Source: an uncultured Pseudomonadota bacterium (lineage in GTDB: Bacteria > Oederibacteriota > Muellerivitia > Muellerivitales > Muellerivitaceae). Taken from it: a stretch of DNA of 64,000 bases. How positions within the stretch are numbered: position 1 is the first letter of the stretch; every line of letters begins with the position of its first letter. Location: positions 64,001 to 128,000 of the forward strand of contig CAWJKT010000001.1 of the NCBI GenBank assembly GCA_963843375.1, given 5' to 3'. This document shows, piece after piece, positions 9,144-19,492 of the stretch. The notes beneath the pieces are model-generated. The model ran no database searches, was not told the DNA's origin, and saw only the letters and a program-made list of their open reading frames with translations. The position numbers and the translations under genes were made by a program.

Positions 9144-9434
9144 CTGGAAAGACCCACTGGTCGGAAAAGGCGCAGGAACAGTGACTTTTTTATACTGAAT
9201 CACCCAAAATCGATTTTGTTAATTATGTCTTTGGCTCTGACTTCCCAGCAAATGAAGGTCCTTGGGTTTATCCCGTTGATGGTTTTATGGGGCTTGGGCT
9301 TGCTCAGAGACTCTAAAATGTGTTGAATAACGTTTCTGGCAATAAGACTTGAGGATTTGGCGGCCGAATTTAGGGTTAAAGACGTCTAAATACTCACAAC
9401 CATTTGAAAATTAAACGGGTCAAAGGGAGTAGAT

Positions 9435-10406
9435 ATGAAAACCAATCTCCTGCTTTTTCTATGCCTCCTTGTCGGATTTGCCACGCAGGCCTATGGAGTG
9501 GACGATTCGGCGGCCAATTTGATTCCACAAGGCAAGATCAGCCTTTCAAACCTAACCGATACGCTTAACCGGAAATACCCGAAAGATAAGGAAAATTTCT
9601 GGAATGTTTCTGGAATCGCTTACCACGATTTTTCCGGTGCTCCCGATCAGGATGTGGTCATCGGATTGTCCGGCTACCGGGACAAAGGGCTTATTTACAA
9701 TAATAACAAGCAATTAGTAGAGGATGCCGGCGCGGGTTTTGGTTATTTCCACCTGGAAGACGGGATATGGAAACTCCGGCAGGTGGAATTGGTGGAAGGA
9801 AAAAAATACGAGGGTTTTGAAGGGGCCGATTTGACTGGTTCGGGAAAAGACCAACTGGTGGTTTATTCCTCGGATGGAGTCACCGAAATAGCCTGTGTTT
9901 ACGCGGTTCAAAAAAACGGAAATTTCAAAAGAATAGCTACCATCGCGGGTTATGGAATGGGGCCTCGGGTGTCGCAGGAATCGGGCAAGCCCTTGATAGT
10001 GGATTTTCAACGGGCCCTCATCAACCGCCAGGCCGACTGTCCGGTTTATTACGGGCGCCCCTATCGCTGGGACGGTATAAATTTTGTTGAGGCAAAGGAC
10101 GACTTCCTCGACCTCGTCCAATCCTACGATCCCTTCCACTCCACCGAAGCGGAATCCATTAGCGACTTGGCTTTTTTCGAGGGTTATCTTTCGGACCATC
10201 CGAACGATTTTTGCGCGGCTGCCAATTGTTTCGACTTGAGTACCCGCTTGAACTTGAAAGACAAGATGGAAAAATACCGTAAGCAGCTGATCAAATTGGC
10301 GAGTGGCTCCCCTGATTGCCGCTATTGTGACGATTGGTTGATGGGAAAAAACCGCGTTTACCAGAAACAGTACTTGGACATGATTTTGCAGGGGTCCAAA
10401 AAGTAA
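9435..10406 (+). CDS. secreted hypothetical protein
   Basis: 323 aa; signal peptide; GGGAG RBS; FG-GAP-like loops (DFSGAPDQD, DLTGSGKDQ). Confidence 0.75.
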   Translation: MKTNLLLFLCLLVGFATQAYGVDDSAANLIPQGKISLSNLTDTLNRKYPKDKENFWNVSGIAYHDFSGAPDQDVVIGLSGYRDKGLIYNNNKQLVEDAGAGFGYFHLEDGIWKLRQVELVEGKKYEGFEGADLTGSGKDQLVVYSSDGVTEIACVYAVQKNGNFKRIATIAGYGMGPRVSQESGKPLIVDFQRALINRQADCPVYYGRPYRWDGINFVEAKDDFLDLVQSYDPFHSTEAESISDLAFFEGYLSDHPNDFCAAANCFDLSTRLNLKDKMEKYRKQLIKLASGSPDCRYCDDWLMGKNRVYQKQYLDMILQGSKK

Positions 10407-10721
10407 AATACGGCCGTCGCGCGTAAGTCAATTTTTCAAGAAAAAAATTCCGTCTTCTCAACTTCCAGGACATTCAAAAGTCTAATTTTCACTCTAAACG
10501 CCATTTTGCCGATAGCCTTTGCAAAAACCGTTCGAATTTTTCCGGAAAAGTCGTTGGCGATCGCGCAACAGGCGGTTTTCTTGAATAAAACAACAAAGGC
10601 CACATGCGCGAGGCGGCGCGCTTTGAATGCTTTCGTCATCCGCCGCCATCTGCTATATTTCAAACGGTTTGGGTTGTTTGCGTGAGATGTCGAACCCTTA
10701 TTCAAAACAAAGGAAAATTCC

Positions 10722-12857
10722 GTGACTCAAGCCTTCACCCTCAACGGCCTCTGGAAATTCACGAAACTCAGTGAATCGACGGTCGATAAAAGGTCCATCC
10801 CGCTCAAAAACCCCAAGGATCGGATCATTCAGGTGCCTTCCAATTGGTACCTGCAAGGGGAAGATTTCGCGGGTGAGGCCCTTTATGAGAGGGAATTCAA
10901 AGCGCTGCCGCTCAGGAAAGGCCAAGCGGCTTTGATTCGATTCAAAGGCGCGGATTATTTTCTGAAGGCCCAGCTAAACGGGCATCTTCTGGGGAAGCAT
11001 GAAGGCTATTTCCAAACGTTCGAGTTTAACGCGACGAAAGTTCTGAGTGGGGAGAACCGTTTGAAGATCCGGGTGGAATCTCCGAAGGAAAATTTGAAGG
11101 CCTGGCCCCATCACAAACACCTCATCAAAGGGATCTTCAACCATCATGACGCCCGCCCTGGCAGTTGGGACCTGGAACATGGGCAGGACCATAATACCGG
11201 AGGTCTTTGGAACGACGTGGAACTGCTGGTCGTGGACCAGATATTCTTGAAGCGCACCCAAGTGGACACAAGCCTGCGTCCCAACGGCCAGGCGACCGTC
11301 ACCCTGAAACTGGTTTTAGTCAACGTGGCCGAGTCCGGCGCTTATGACATCCGGGTCCAATTTGAAGGCATTGGTTTTTCCGCCAAATTGCAAACCCAAA
11401 AGAACATTCAACTTCAACGAGGGCAGACCGAAGTCCAAATTCAACAGGTTTTTAAAAAGCCCCGTCTTTGGTGGACCTGGGACCAGGGTAAACCGAATCT
11501 TTACAAGGCTTCGGTAGCCATTCACAACTCGCGCACGGGTCACGTGGTGGAAAAAGGCGAGGTGCGTTTCGGCATCCGTGAGATCAAAGTGACGCCCGAA
11601 TGGAAATTTGTCCTGAATGGGCGGAATTTTTTTCCTCGGGCTACCAATATCATTCCCACCCAATGGCTTTCGGAATACAAGGCTCCGCAGGCCAGGCGGG
11701 ATGTGCAATTGATGAAGGACGCCCATTTGAACGGGGTGCGGGTACACGCGCACGTGAATCGCGAGGAATTTTATGCGGCCTGCGACGAGGCGGGCCTTTT
11801 CGTGTGGCAGGATTTTGCCCTGCAATGGAGCTATGAGGACACCCCGGTTTTCACCCGAAACGCCTGCCGTCAAATCAAGGAGATGGTCCACCTTTTTTAC
11901 AACCATCCCTCCATCCTTGTCTGGTGCTGCCACAATGAGCCGTCTCATAACCGTGACAAATTAGACCCGATATTAGCTCGGGCGGTGAGGGAAGAGGACC
12001 AAAGCCGTTATGTGGATGAGGCAAGCGATTTCCGCTTTCACCCTTATCCAGGATGGTATTGGGAAGATTCAGTACTCAAAGACGCCCCGGGTATATTGGG
12101 CCCGGAGAATCCCTTTTATTCGGAGTTCGGTGCCCAAGCACTGCCTGAACTTTCGACCCTAAAGAAAATGTTCAAATCCAGGGAATTGTGGCCGCCGGAT
12201 TGGAAAAAATGGGCCCGGCATGATTTTCAATATTTCCAAACTTTCAACGTAGCCAAGATTGAAACGGGAAAATCCCTTCAGCAATTCGTGACCAATAGTC
12301 AAAAGTACCAGGCCCATGTCATAAAGGAATATATCCAAAGCTTTCGCATCAAGAAATACAAACCCATGAATGGTTATTTTCAGTTCATGTTCGTTGACTG
12401 CTGGCCCTCCATCACCTGGAGCGTGGTGGATTATTTCCGAAAACCCAAGGAGGGGTACAAGGCCTTGCAAACCGCTTCCCAACCTCTTTTGCCTGTTTGG
12501 CGCACCCATGTGACCCAATACAACCGCAAGGATATTCTGAACTGGGGCCATTCTTTTTTGAAAGGACTCCACTTGGTCAATGACTTTCCTTACGCCTGGA
12601 AAAGGCTTAAAGTAGAAACTCGCGTTGTGGATCCCAAGGGAAAGACCCTTTTTCGGGAAAAAGGCACCTGCGACATCGCGGCTGACTCGACTTCCATGCC
12701 CTTCGCCACCAATGAGAGGTTCGCCCACATGGAGGCTTTTGTTATTCCGGAGAATGCCCGATACGGCGATTATCAGGTGCGAATCAGGATTTGGGACCCG
12801 AAAGGCAAGTTGGTCGCCCATAATGAGCAGGATTTCAAGGTCGTGCCGAAAAAATAG
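10722..12857 (+). CDS. glycoside hydrolase family 2 (beta-mannosidase/beta-galactosidase-like)
   Basis: N-terminal sugar-binding domain (FKGADY...HEGYF), PRLWW...PNLY, FGIREI, WQDF, acid/base WCCHNEP, SEFGAQ; no signal peptide. Confidence 0.9.
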   Translation: MTQAFTLNGLWKFTKLSESTVDKRSIPLKNPKDRIIQVPSNWYLQGEDFAGEALYEREFKALPLRKGQAALIRFKGADYFLKAQLNGHLLGKHEGYFQTFEFNATKVLSGENRLKIRVESPKENLKAWPHHKHLIKGIFNHHDARPGSWDLEHGQDHNTGGLWNDVELLVVDQIFLKRTQVDTSLRPNGQATVTLKLVLVNVAESGAYDIRVQFEGIGFSAKLQTQKNIQLQRGQTEVQIQQVFKKPRLWWTWDQGKPNLYKASVAIHNSRTGHVVEKGEVRFGIREIKVTPEWKFVLNGRNFFPRATNIIPTQWLSEYKAPQARRDVQLMKDAHLNGVRVHAHVNREEFYAACDEAGLFVWQDFALQWSYEDTPVFTRNACRQIKEMVHLFYNHPSILVWCCHNEPSHNRDKLDPILARAVREEDQSRYVDEASDFRFHPYPGWYWEDSVLKDAPGILGPENPFYSEFGAQALPELSTLKKMFKSRELWPPDWKKWARHDFQYFQTFNVAKIETGKSLQQFVTNSQKYQAHVIKEYIQSFRIKKYKPMNGYFQFMFVDCWPSITWSVVDYFRKPKEGYKALQTASQPLLPVWRTHVTQYNRKDILNWGHSFLKGLHLVNDFPYAWKRLKVETRVVDPKGKTLFREKGTCDIAADSTSMPFATNERFAHMEAFVIPENARYGDYQVRIRIWDPKGKLVAHNEQDFKVVPKK

Positions 12858-12915
12858 GGCCTTGAATCCAAATTTGACAAGATGTCTTTAAGACCACAAG
12901 TAAAGGTTTTGTTAA

Positions 12916-14289
12916 ATGAAAAATTATTTTTCGTCTATTTTGCGCTTCCTTCGCGGCTTTAAGTCTTCCAGTTGGATTATTTTGTTTTTGGCCGCCTCCG
13001 GTTTGGCTTTCGCGGATGGAGTCCAGATTATCAAGGAAGTTCCCTCCACTTTTCTTTACCCTTCCGACGGGTTTCTGCCCTTTAACATCCACCGGGGGAC
13101 CCAAACCATGTTGTCGCTCATGGTTCCAGGCTGCAGTTTTGACGACCCCCGGGGAGTGGCATGCGCCCTTTTAAAAAACGACCACGATCCCAAAGCCCCC
13201 CAAAATGACATTGTGGTGACTTGCATCGGAGTGAATTCAGAGGCGGGGGAAATCATTTATAACGTGGGTCTCAAGGATATCCGCCGTTTTGGGTCCGTGG
13301 GTCACGACGAAAAACAGTTTTATCATCCCACCGGAGCCGCCATCGCCACCAACGGGGAAGTGGCAATCGCGGATACCGGAAACAACCGGATCGCTTTGTT
13401 ACAGCATGACGGCCTGAGACTGACCTGGGTGAAAGCCATGGGCAAGCTCGGCGCCCGCGCCGGGCAGTTCAACGGACCAATGGGGGTTGCCTACGATTCC
13501 CAAGGCCGTCTTTACGTGGCGGATACCGGAAATAACCGGATTCAAGTGCGGGATGCCAACGGCCGGTTCCGTGTTTTAAACACGCCGCCTCTGGAAGGAC
13601 CTTCGGCCATCGCGGTGATCGATGCACGTGAAGCTTGGACCTTTAACCAACAAGGCCCTTACGCCAACCGGCTTGCGGTTATCGACCGAAAGGGGCAGCG
13701 GCTCCAGACCATGGATTTGGAGGGCGGAGTTCTCGCCCAAATCACTTCCGACCAGATTCCCGACCCGCCGGTTAAGTTGTACGGATGCGCTTTCGATTAT
13801 TATGGAAACGTCGTGGCCACGGATTTCGAGAAATCCTGTCTGCGGAAATTCGATAAGGATCTTCATTATGTGACAACCTTTGGAAGCTTGGGAACGGATG
13901 ATTTCCAATTTACCGAACCCCGGGGAATCGCTATCAACCACCAGTTTGGACAGATCATCGTGGCAGAAAAGAACAGCGTTCAATACTTCTGGAACGGGGC
14001 CGACGCGGTTAATATCCAGGTAGAGGCGTCTGGAAAGGGCTTCCGAATCCCCTTTTCCTTGACCGAACGAGCCCTGGTCAGCGCCGAAATCGAGGATGAC
14101 GAGTCGAACCCCGTTACCACTTTGTCCCAAAAACAGGATATGGGGCAGGGCCCCCAGGAGATTGATTGGACCCCCGGTTCTTCCCTTAAGCAGGGGACTT
14201 ATTATTTGAAAATGCAGGTCATGGCCACCTATTCCTCTCGCGACAGGATCGCGAAGGAAATCCGACTGCCGATTTCCTTTGGAAAATGA
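12916..14289 (+). CDS. secreted NHL-repeat beta-propeller protein with C-terminal Ig-like domain
   Basis: Repeats FYHPTGAAI...IADTGNNRI, FNGPMGVAYD...VADTGNNRIQ, FTEPRGIAI; hydrophobic N-terminus. Confidence 0.85.
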   Translation: MKNYFSSILRFLRGFKSSSWIILFLAASGLAFADGVQIIKEVPSTFLYPSDGFLPFNIHRGTQTMLSLMVPGCSFDDPRGVACALLKNDHDPKAPQNDIVVTCIGVNSEAGEIIYNVGLKDIRRFGSVGHDEKQFYHPTGAAIATNGEVAIADTGNNRIALLQHDGLRLTWVKAMGKLGARAGQFNGPMGVAYDSQGRLYVADTGNNRIQVRDANGRFRVLNTPPLEGPSAIAVIDAREAWTFNQQGPYANRLAVIDRKGQRLQTMDLEGGVLAQITSDQIPDPPVKLYGCAFDYYGNVVATDFEKSCLRKFDKDLHYVTTFGSLGTDDFQFTEPRGIAINHQFGQIIVAEKNSVQYFWNGADAVNIQVEASGKGFRIPFSLTERALVSAEIEDDESNPVTTLSQKQDMGQGPQEIDWTPGSSLKQGTYYLKMQVMATYSSRDRIAKEIRLPISFGK

Positions 14290-14378
14290 AAAGAAAAGCC
14301 GGGCTTCCGACAATAGATTTCCCTTTTCCGAAGGACCTTTTATAATTGCTTTAACCATTTGAAAGGCGGGGCTCTCTC

Positions 14379-14951
14379 TTGAAAAATAAATTGTTGTTTG
14401 CGGCAGTCATCCTCTCGCTTACCTCATGTCTTTGGGCCGGAACGGATTCGGGCGTTGAATTCCAGATCGAAGGGGGAATGGTTTCCCCCGTGAGCCGATC
14501 TCTTTATGAAAATTACACCTCGTCCTCCAGTTTCGGGGTGGCGGTGGGGTATAAATTCGATTCCCACTTTTCCATTCTTTTAGACGGGGAATACCAGGAT
14601 ATGAATGGTCAAAACCCGTCGGGGAACCTCCCGGCTTTTGGTTTTGATACCCTGGAAATGGCGGTTCTGGAAAAATACCGGTTCAGTTCCATTTCTAACA
14701 TCCATCCTTTTATCTTCCTGGGAGAAGGGGCGGCGATCAACAACTTCACCGGTCCAAATCCTCTGGGCACCATCACCAATGAGGCCGATCCTTTGGTGGA
14801 GGGCGGTTTGGGATTGGAATTCTCCTTTGGCGACCGGGCCAACGCTTTTATTCAGGCAAAGGAAACCGCGGATTTGACTTCTTCCCGGTTTTCCCCGGAT
14901 AAAATAACCCTTTACCTTCCCATACAAATCGGCGTCAATTTCAGTATTTAA
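14379..14951 (+). CDS. small outer-membrane beta-barrel protein
   Basis: Signal peptide; alternating beta strands (FGVAVGYKF, HPFIFLGEG, GGLGLEFSF, IGVNFSI). Confidence 0.75.
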   Translation: MKNKLLFAAVILSLTSCLWAGTDSGVEFQIEGGMVSPVSRSLYENYTSSSSFGVAVGYKFDSHFSILLDGEYQDMNGQNPSGNLPAFGFDTLEMAVLEKYRFSSISNIHPFIFLGEGAAINNFTGPNPLGTITNEADPLVEGGLGLEFSFGDRANAFIQAKETADLTSSRFSPDKITLYLPIQIGVNFSI

Positions 14952-14955
14952 CCGA

Positions 14956-15531
14956 GTGCGGAAAAGGTTAGGTCTGGTCCGAGGTTTTCGCTTCCGTATC
15001 CCTAAGCCTTTCAAATTCAAATTTTGGGAGCAGAATTTGTTTCGATCCCCGGCTCACTATTCATTTTTAGGCCTGGTGATGTTGCTGGCCGGCTTATCCT
15101 CTTGCGGCCCCGCTCCCGAACCAGGCCTTCCGGAACTGGATCTTCAGCAGTCCCGGGCCATAAGCGATGCAGCGGCCAACGACCTCATCGGGGATAATTC
15201 CATGGACTTGTATAAAAGGTTGGATGCCGGGTTTTATTCCTTGGTGAGGGATGAGAAGGAAACGGAGGCGGTTATCCAAAAGATGTATGGTCTTTACGGG
15301 CGGCCGCTGGAATGCGAATACAAGATATCCAAATCAGGCACACGTATCGACGGGACTTGGAAAAGGTCCAAAAGGGACTTTTTTTATGCCGTGAAAACCA
15401 CCAAATACCCCAAGGGAAAATATTTTTTGAAAATTGAGGTGGTGGCCAACGCTCAGGCCACTGCGATTGATGTTTCGGGTTTTGGATTTTTCGATTTCAA
15501 GGACGGTAACGTTCCGGATTACTTGCGATAA
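14956..15531 (+). CDS. hypothetical lipoprotein (true start probably further downstream)
   Basis: Lipobox-like LAGLSSC after a hydrophobic stretch; same strand as neighbours. Confidence 0.65.
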   Translation: MRKRLGLVRGFRFRIPKPFKFKFWEQNLFRSPAHYSFLGLVMLLAGLSSCGPAPEPGLPELDLQQSRAISDAAANDLIGDNSMDLYKRLDAGFYSLVRDEKETEAVIQKMYGLYGRPLECEYKISKSGTRIDGTWKRSKRDFFYAVKTTKYPKGKYFLKIEVVANAQATAIDVSGFGFFDFKDGNVPDYLR

Positions 15532-15978
15532 TCCCAATAGCTCATCTGTATTGATTCTTCCTTTTTTTTCAGGCAATCGTAAATGACCAATGCATTAGAT
15601 TGATATTGATTTTAGACCTTCCGATTTTGCCCACTTGTTACGTTAGATATTTTTTAAAATATTTCTTAAGCGCTAAGTAAGTTTAAAAAAACCAATACCT
15701 CAAACCGATTTTTGACAGTGTGGGCAAAATTCTTTCGTCTTTCGAACAAAGAGGGTTTGATTTTCCGAAAAAGGGTATCAAATAATTAAGGTATTAGGAA
15801 AGACGTTTGCCGGTACAAAAAATCCTTTTGGGAGGTACTTTTTAGCCAAAGTATCAAAATCTTACTCCATTTCTGCAGTGCCGCCTTGCATATGAGGCAA
15901 ACCGGGCAGCTTAGTCCCCAAGCCTGTTGGGACTCAGAACTTATCCACTGTCCAGGCTGATCATTTTTTAAGATCGAG

Positions 15979-17385
15979 GTGAAGATGAAAAAAATCCTCG
16001 CAGTGGACGACAACAAAGCCGAATGCACGCTTCTTGAGCTGGCGCTGGAAAAGGTCCGGGGCTACGAGGTGCTTACGGCGGCCAGCGGCCGGTCAGCCCT
16101 TGACCAAGCCGTCCGGTGCACTCCCGACGCGGTCATCCTGGATCTGCTGTTGCCCGACATTAGCGGCTTGGAGGTGCTCAAAGAGCTCAAAAAATTCCAG
16201 CCCACCCTCCCGGTCATAATGCTCACCGGTCTGGCGGACATCCGCAAGGTCGTGGAGGCCATCCAGATGGGGGCTGATAATTTCCTCACTAAACCTTTCG
16301 AAAACGACCAACTGCTTATGATCCTACGCCATGTGGTGGAACAAAATGAGTTATTGAACGAGGTAACTGCCTTGCGACGCAATGCGGGGAGGATGGGACC
16401 TTCCCTTTCCAGCATTACAGGCATGAGCCCCGCCATTCTCGAGGTGGTGCAACATATCCAAAAAGTGGCCGACTCCAACTTGACCGTCCTGATCCAGGGC
16501 GAGACCGGGACCGGCAAGGAGCCGGTGGCCCGGGCCCTGCACGAGGAAAGCTCCCGCCGGGCCGGGCCTTTCGTGGCCGTTGATTGCGGGGCGCTACCGG
16601 AAAACCTTCTGGAGTCCGAACTGTTCGGTCACGAGAAGGGCGCCTTCAGCGGGGCGGATCGCCGGAAGCCGGGGCAGTTCGAATTGGCGGGGGGTGGGAC
16701 CCTTTTCCTGGACGAGATCGGGAACTTGTCCCTCTCGCTCCAGGCCAAGCTCTTGCGGGTGCTGCAGGAGCGCCAAGTGAGGCCGGTGGGGGCGGTCAAA
16801 ACCTTCTCCGTCGATGTACGCATCATTGCCGCCTCCAATATGCCGCTGGAAGGGGCTGCCAAATCCGGGCAATTCCGCCAGGACCTCTTTTACCGGCTGG
16901 ATGAGTGCACTGTCCAACTCCCACCCTTGCGAAATCGCCGGGAGGATATCCCCCTCCTGGCCAAAAGATTTCGTGAGGAAGCCTGCCGGGAGTTCCAGAG
17001 GCCGGTGACGGCCCTCTCGGAGGAGGCTCTGGGCCTGCTAGAGGCTCATTCTTGGCCCGGCAATATCCGGGAATTGCGAAACGTCATGCGCCAAGCGGTG
17101 CTGCTGACGCCTGATTCCACAATCCACGACGAGCAGATCAAAACTCTGCTGGGGGCTTCCGGTAGCTCGGAGGCGCCCGGTCCGGTGGAGGTTCCCCTGA
17201 TTCCCGGAATGGCCCTTCGCAAGATTGTGGAAAGCGCCGCGGAGCAGGTTGAAAAAAAGGCCATCTCCAGCGTCCTGCGCTCCACCCAGGGAAACAAAAG
17301 TCAGGCGGCCAAGATTTTGGACGTGGATTATAAAACTCTCCGCCTGAAGATCAAAAAATACGGGCTTCAAGATTCCAGAAAGTGA
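15979..17385 (+). CDS. sigma54-dependent response regulator (NtrC/AtoC-type: REC-AAA+-Fis HTH)
   Basis: REC (AVDD, LDLLLPD, KPF); Walker A GETGTGKE; ESELFGHEKGAFSGA; LFLDEIG; WPGNIRELRN; C-terminal GNKSQAAKILDV. Confidence 0.95.
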   Translation: MKMKKILAVDDNKAECTLLELALEKVRGYEVLTAASGRSALDQAVRCTPDAVILDLLLPDISGLEVLKELKKFQPTLPVIMLTGLADIRKVVEAIQMGADNFLTKPFENDQLLMILRHVVEQNELLNEVTALRRNAGRMGPSLSSITGMSPAILEVVQHIQKVADSNLTVLIQGETGTGKEPVARALHEESSRRAGPFVAVDCGALPENLLESELFGHEKGAFSGADRRKPGQFELAGGGTLFLDEIGNLSLSLQAKLLRVLQERQVRPVGAVKTFSVDVRIIAASNMPLEGAAKSGQFRQDLFYRLDECTVQLPPLRNRREDIPLLAKRFREEACREFQRPVTALSEEALGLLEAHSWPGNIRELRNVMRQAVLLTPDSTIHDEQIKTLLGASGSSEAPGPVEVPLIPGMALRKIVESAAEQVEKKAISSVLRSTQGNKSQAAKILDVDYKTLRLKIKKYGLQDSRK

Positions 17386-17462
17386 CATCCCCTCCTGAAT
17401 TTTTTTAATCTATCCAAATAACCAACAGGGCATTGGCGCACGGGTGTCGGAGCCCGGAACCG

Positions 17463-18404
17463 TCAGTAAGTCGTCTGGTTGAATACACCCACTTGGCCCC
17501 CGTTGGCCGGGGAAACCGCCGTCCCGCCTAGTACCGAAGCGACCCCGGTAAAGTTGTTGGCCGTATGGGTGGAAAGTACGATGATCCCGCCACCCCCGCC
17601 ACCCGAATTGTTAGCCGAATCGCTGTTCGCTGCTCCCGCGCCGCCGTTTGCGTCGAGATTGCCCGAGCCTACAATGGAGGATGCCTGGATGTAAATGCTG
17701 CCGCCGGACGCCCCCCCGGAAGACAACACTCCCCCACTATCGCATGCGTAGCCTGGGGTGCCGTTCATGAGGATGAGGCCGTTGAGGGTCGCGGAGCCGC
17801 TGGACGCGTTCACCCGGAAAAGCCCACCCCCGGATTCGGCTGAGCAGGCACCAGCCCCCCCCGCGTATCCCGTCAAGAACGGGGCTAAGGGATTGTCGTA
17901 GGTCGTTCCACCTGGATTCCCCAGAGCGTCACTTCCTCCCGCCCCACCGTGGCCAGCCCCTGCCCCTGAAGTCGCATCGGCCGGGGTTCCGGCTCCCGTC
18001 AGGGGGACGACCTCCATCCCAGACCCGATAATCGTGGAACCTGTGGCCATGCTGAAATAATCGGATACGTCAAACGTCACCGAGCCTGATGGATAGCCCA
18101 GTTCAAGATAAGCACCCGCGTGAAGAGCGATATAGGAATATGAATATTCCCCTGGTGTAATTGAGACAGGACCCGAAATATCCCATCCTGAGAGGGTCGC
18201 AACGGGGGTGGCCGAAGGCGTGCCTGTGGGCGTGAAGGTTGGCGAGGCGATTGGGGCCAGAGTGGGCGTGCTGGTAGGGGCCGCTGGAACGGGTGCCACC
18301 GGTAAGCGAGGTCCGAATGGTCGGGTGCAGGCCTGGATGCAGATTGAAATGGCCAGGAGTAAAAAAAGCATATACGCCAAACCTTGTTTCATATGAGCCT
18401 CCAT
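17463..18404 (-). CDS. Gly-rich lipoprotein with Pro/Thr linker
   Basis: Lipobox-like ICIQAC; PTSTPT linker; GAGHGGAGG, GGASGGSIYI and GGGGGGIIVL glycine-rich motifs; GGAGG RBS. Confidence 0.75.
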   Translation of the reverse strand: MEAHMKQGLAYMLFLLLAISICIQACTRPFGPRLPVAPVPAAPTSTPTLAPIASPTFTPTGTPSATPVATLSGWDISGPVSITPGEYSYSYIALHAGAYLELGYPSGSVTFDVSDYFSMATGSTIIGSGMEVVPLTGAGTPADATSGAGAGHGGAGGSDALGNPGGTTYDNPLAPFLTGYAGGAGACSAESGGGLFRVNASSGSATLNGLILMNGTPGYACDSGGVLSSGGASGGSIYIQASSIVGSGNLDANGGAGAANSDSANNSGGGGGGIIVLSTHTANNFTGVASVLGGTAVSPANGGQVGVFNQTTY

Positions 18405-18444
18405 AGAACTAAATAAAATTCCATAACCAATTTAATAATGGAAA

Positions 18445-18460
18445 TGCATATTCCAAGCCA
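18445..18460 (-). promoter_or_regulatory. putative sigma54 (-24/-12) promoter
   Basis: Minus strand TGGCTTGGAATATGCA has GG-N10-GC, 40-50 nt upstream of the lipoprotein gene and next to a sigma54 activator gene; imperfect match to TGGCAC-N5-TTGC. Confidence 0.4.
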
Positions 18461-19065
18461 AGCCGTTAATAAGATCAGGATATCTTTTCCACTTTTGCCG
18501 GAAATGTGGGTTTTCAAGGATTTTTTCGCGTTTAAATGGTTTTTCCCCTTCGGAGTTGAACGGGAGATTACACCCTCCAATAGTTCTTGGATGAAGCCGG
18601 GGTTTAGCCATAATTCTGACGAAAGATGGAAAATCTTTTAACCGAACAAAGGTGTCTGGACTCTTATTTATCCGGAATTTCCCAGATGACCTTCTCCTGA
18701 TTAGCTTGCGGTTTAATTTGTTACCATAATATTGCCCCCCTCTTCTTCCGTCGAAATCCAGAATTTCGAGCCCGGGCACTGGAGACGAGGTCCCTTTGAT
18801 GAATGGAATTCGGCCGTCCATTGCCCCTGCGGGTTAGAAAACGTATTAGGAAAATTCGGCAAGAGAACGATCAAGCTGAATTCCCAATTGGTCCCGGTTG
18901 TGATCCGTCTTTTTAAAACCTATTCATTATGAAATTATCCACTGACAAACTTGAACCTTTGGAAAACTGAAATACCATTTTTAATTAATTGGAAAATGCA
19001 GGTCCCAAAAAGGCGCCTCCAACCATTCACTGGGAAAAAAGAGCGGACAATTTCAGGGCGCAACA

Positions 19066-19095
19066 TTGACTTTAACCTGAAATATTGCCTATAAT
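19066..19095 (+). promoter_or_regulatory. sigma70 promoter for the HU-like gene
   Basis: TTGACT-N18-TATAAT. Confidence 0.65.
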
Positions 19096-19102
19096 TGTTG
19101 AT

Positions 19103-19462
19103 ATGAAGGTGGTTCTACAAGATATTGTGCGCGAAGTCGCAAAGACCACAAAACTTGCCCTGCCTGAAGCCAGAGTGGTGGTTAAAAAACTTCTTTCAAC
19201 TCTGAAAGAAGGGCTTTTAAATGGGCAGAGAATCGAAATTAGGGATTTTGGAGTATTTCAAACCAAAATCGTTTCCGGTAAAAAGGGCCGTGATATGGCC
19301 CGAAACTTAACCATACCTCTCCCCGCTTACAAAAAAGTTTCTTTCAAAGCCGGCAAGAATTTGCGGAAAATTTTTAGCCCTGTTCCGGAAGAAAAACAGC
19401 CGGTGGTGGCGAAAAACGGACAGTTGGAAATGTCGATTTTACTTGAGGTTGTCAACCGGTAA
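19103..19462 (+). CDS. HU/IHF-family DNA-binding protein
   Basis: IVREVAKTT...LKEGLLNGQRIEIRDFGVF...VSFKAGKNLRK. Start placed at ATG 19103 rather than TTG 19085, which lies inside the promoter. Confidence 0.88.
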   Translation: MKVVLQDIVREVAKTTKLALPEARVVVKKLLSTLKEGLLNGQRIEIRDFGVFQTKIVSGKKGRDMARNLTIPLPAYKKVSFKAGKNLRKIFSPVPEEKQPVVAKNGQLEMSILLEVVNR

Positions 19463-19492
19463 GAGGAAGCTCTGGTCCTAAGGAGGGGATTA

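Noticed and set aside
18432..18932. Short ORFs in the 18.4-19.0 kb gap
   Set aside because: No RBS or recognisable motifs, and they overlap each other on both strands; treated as non-coding.
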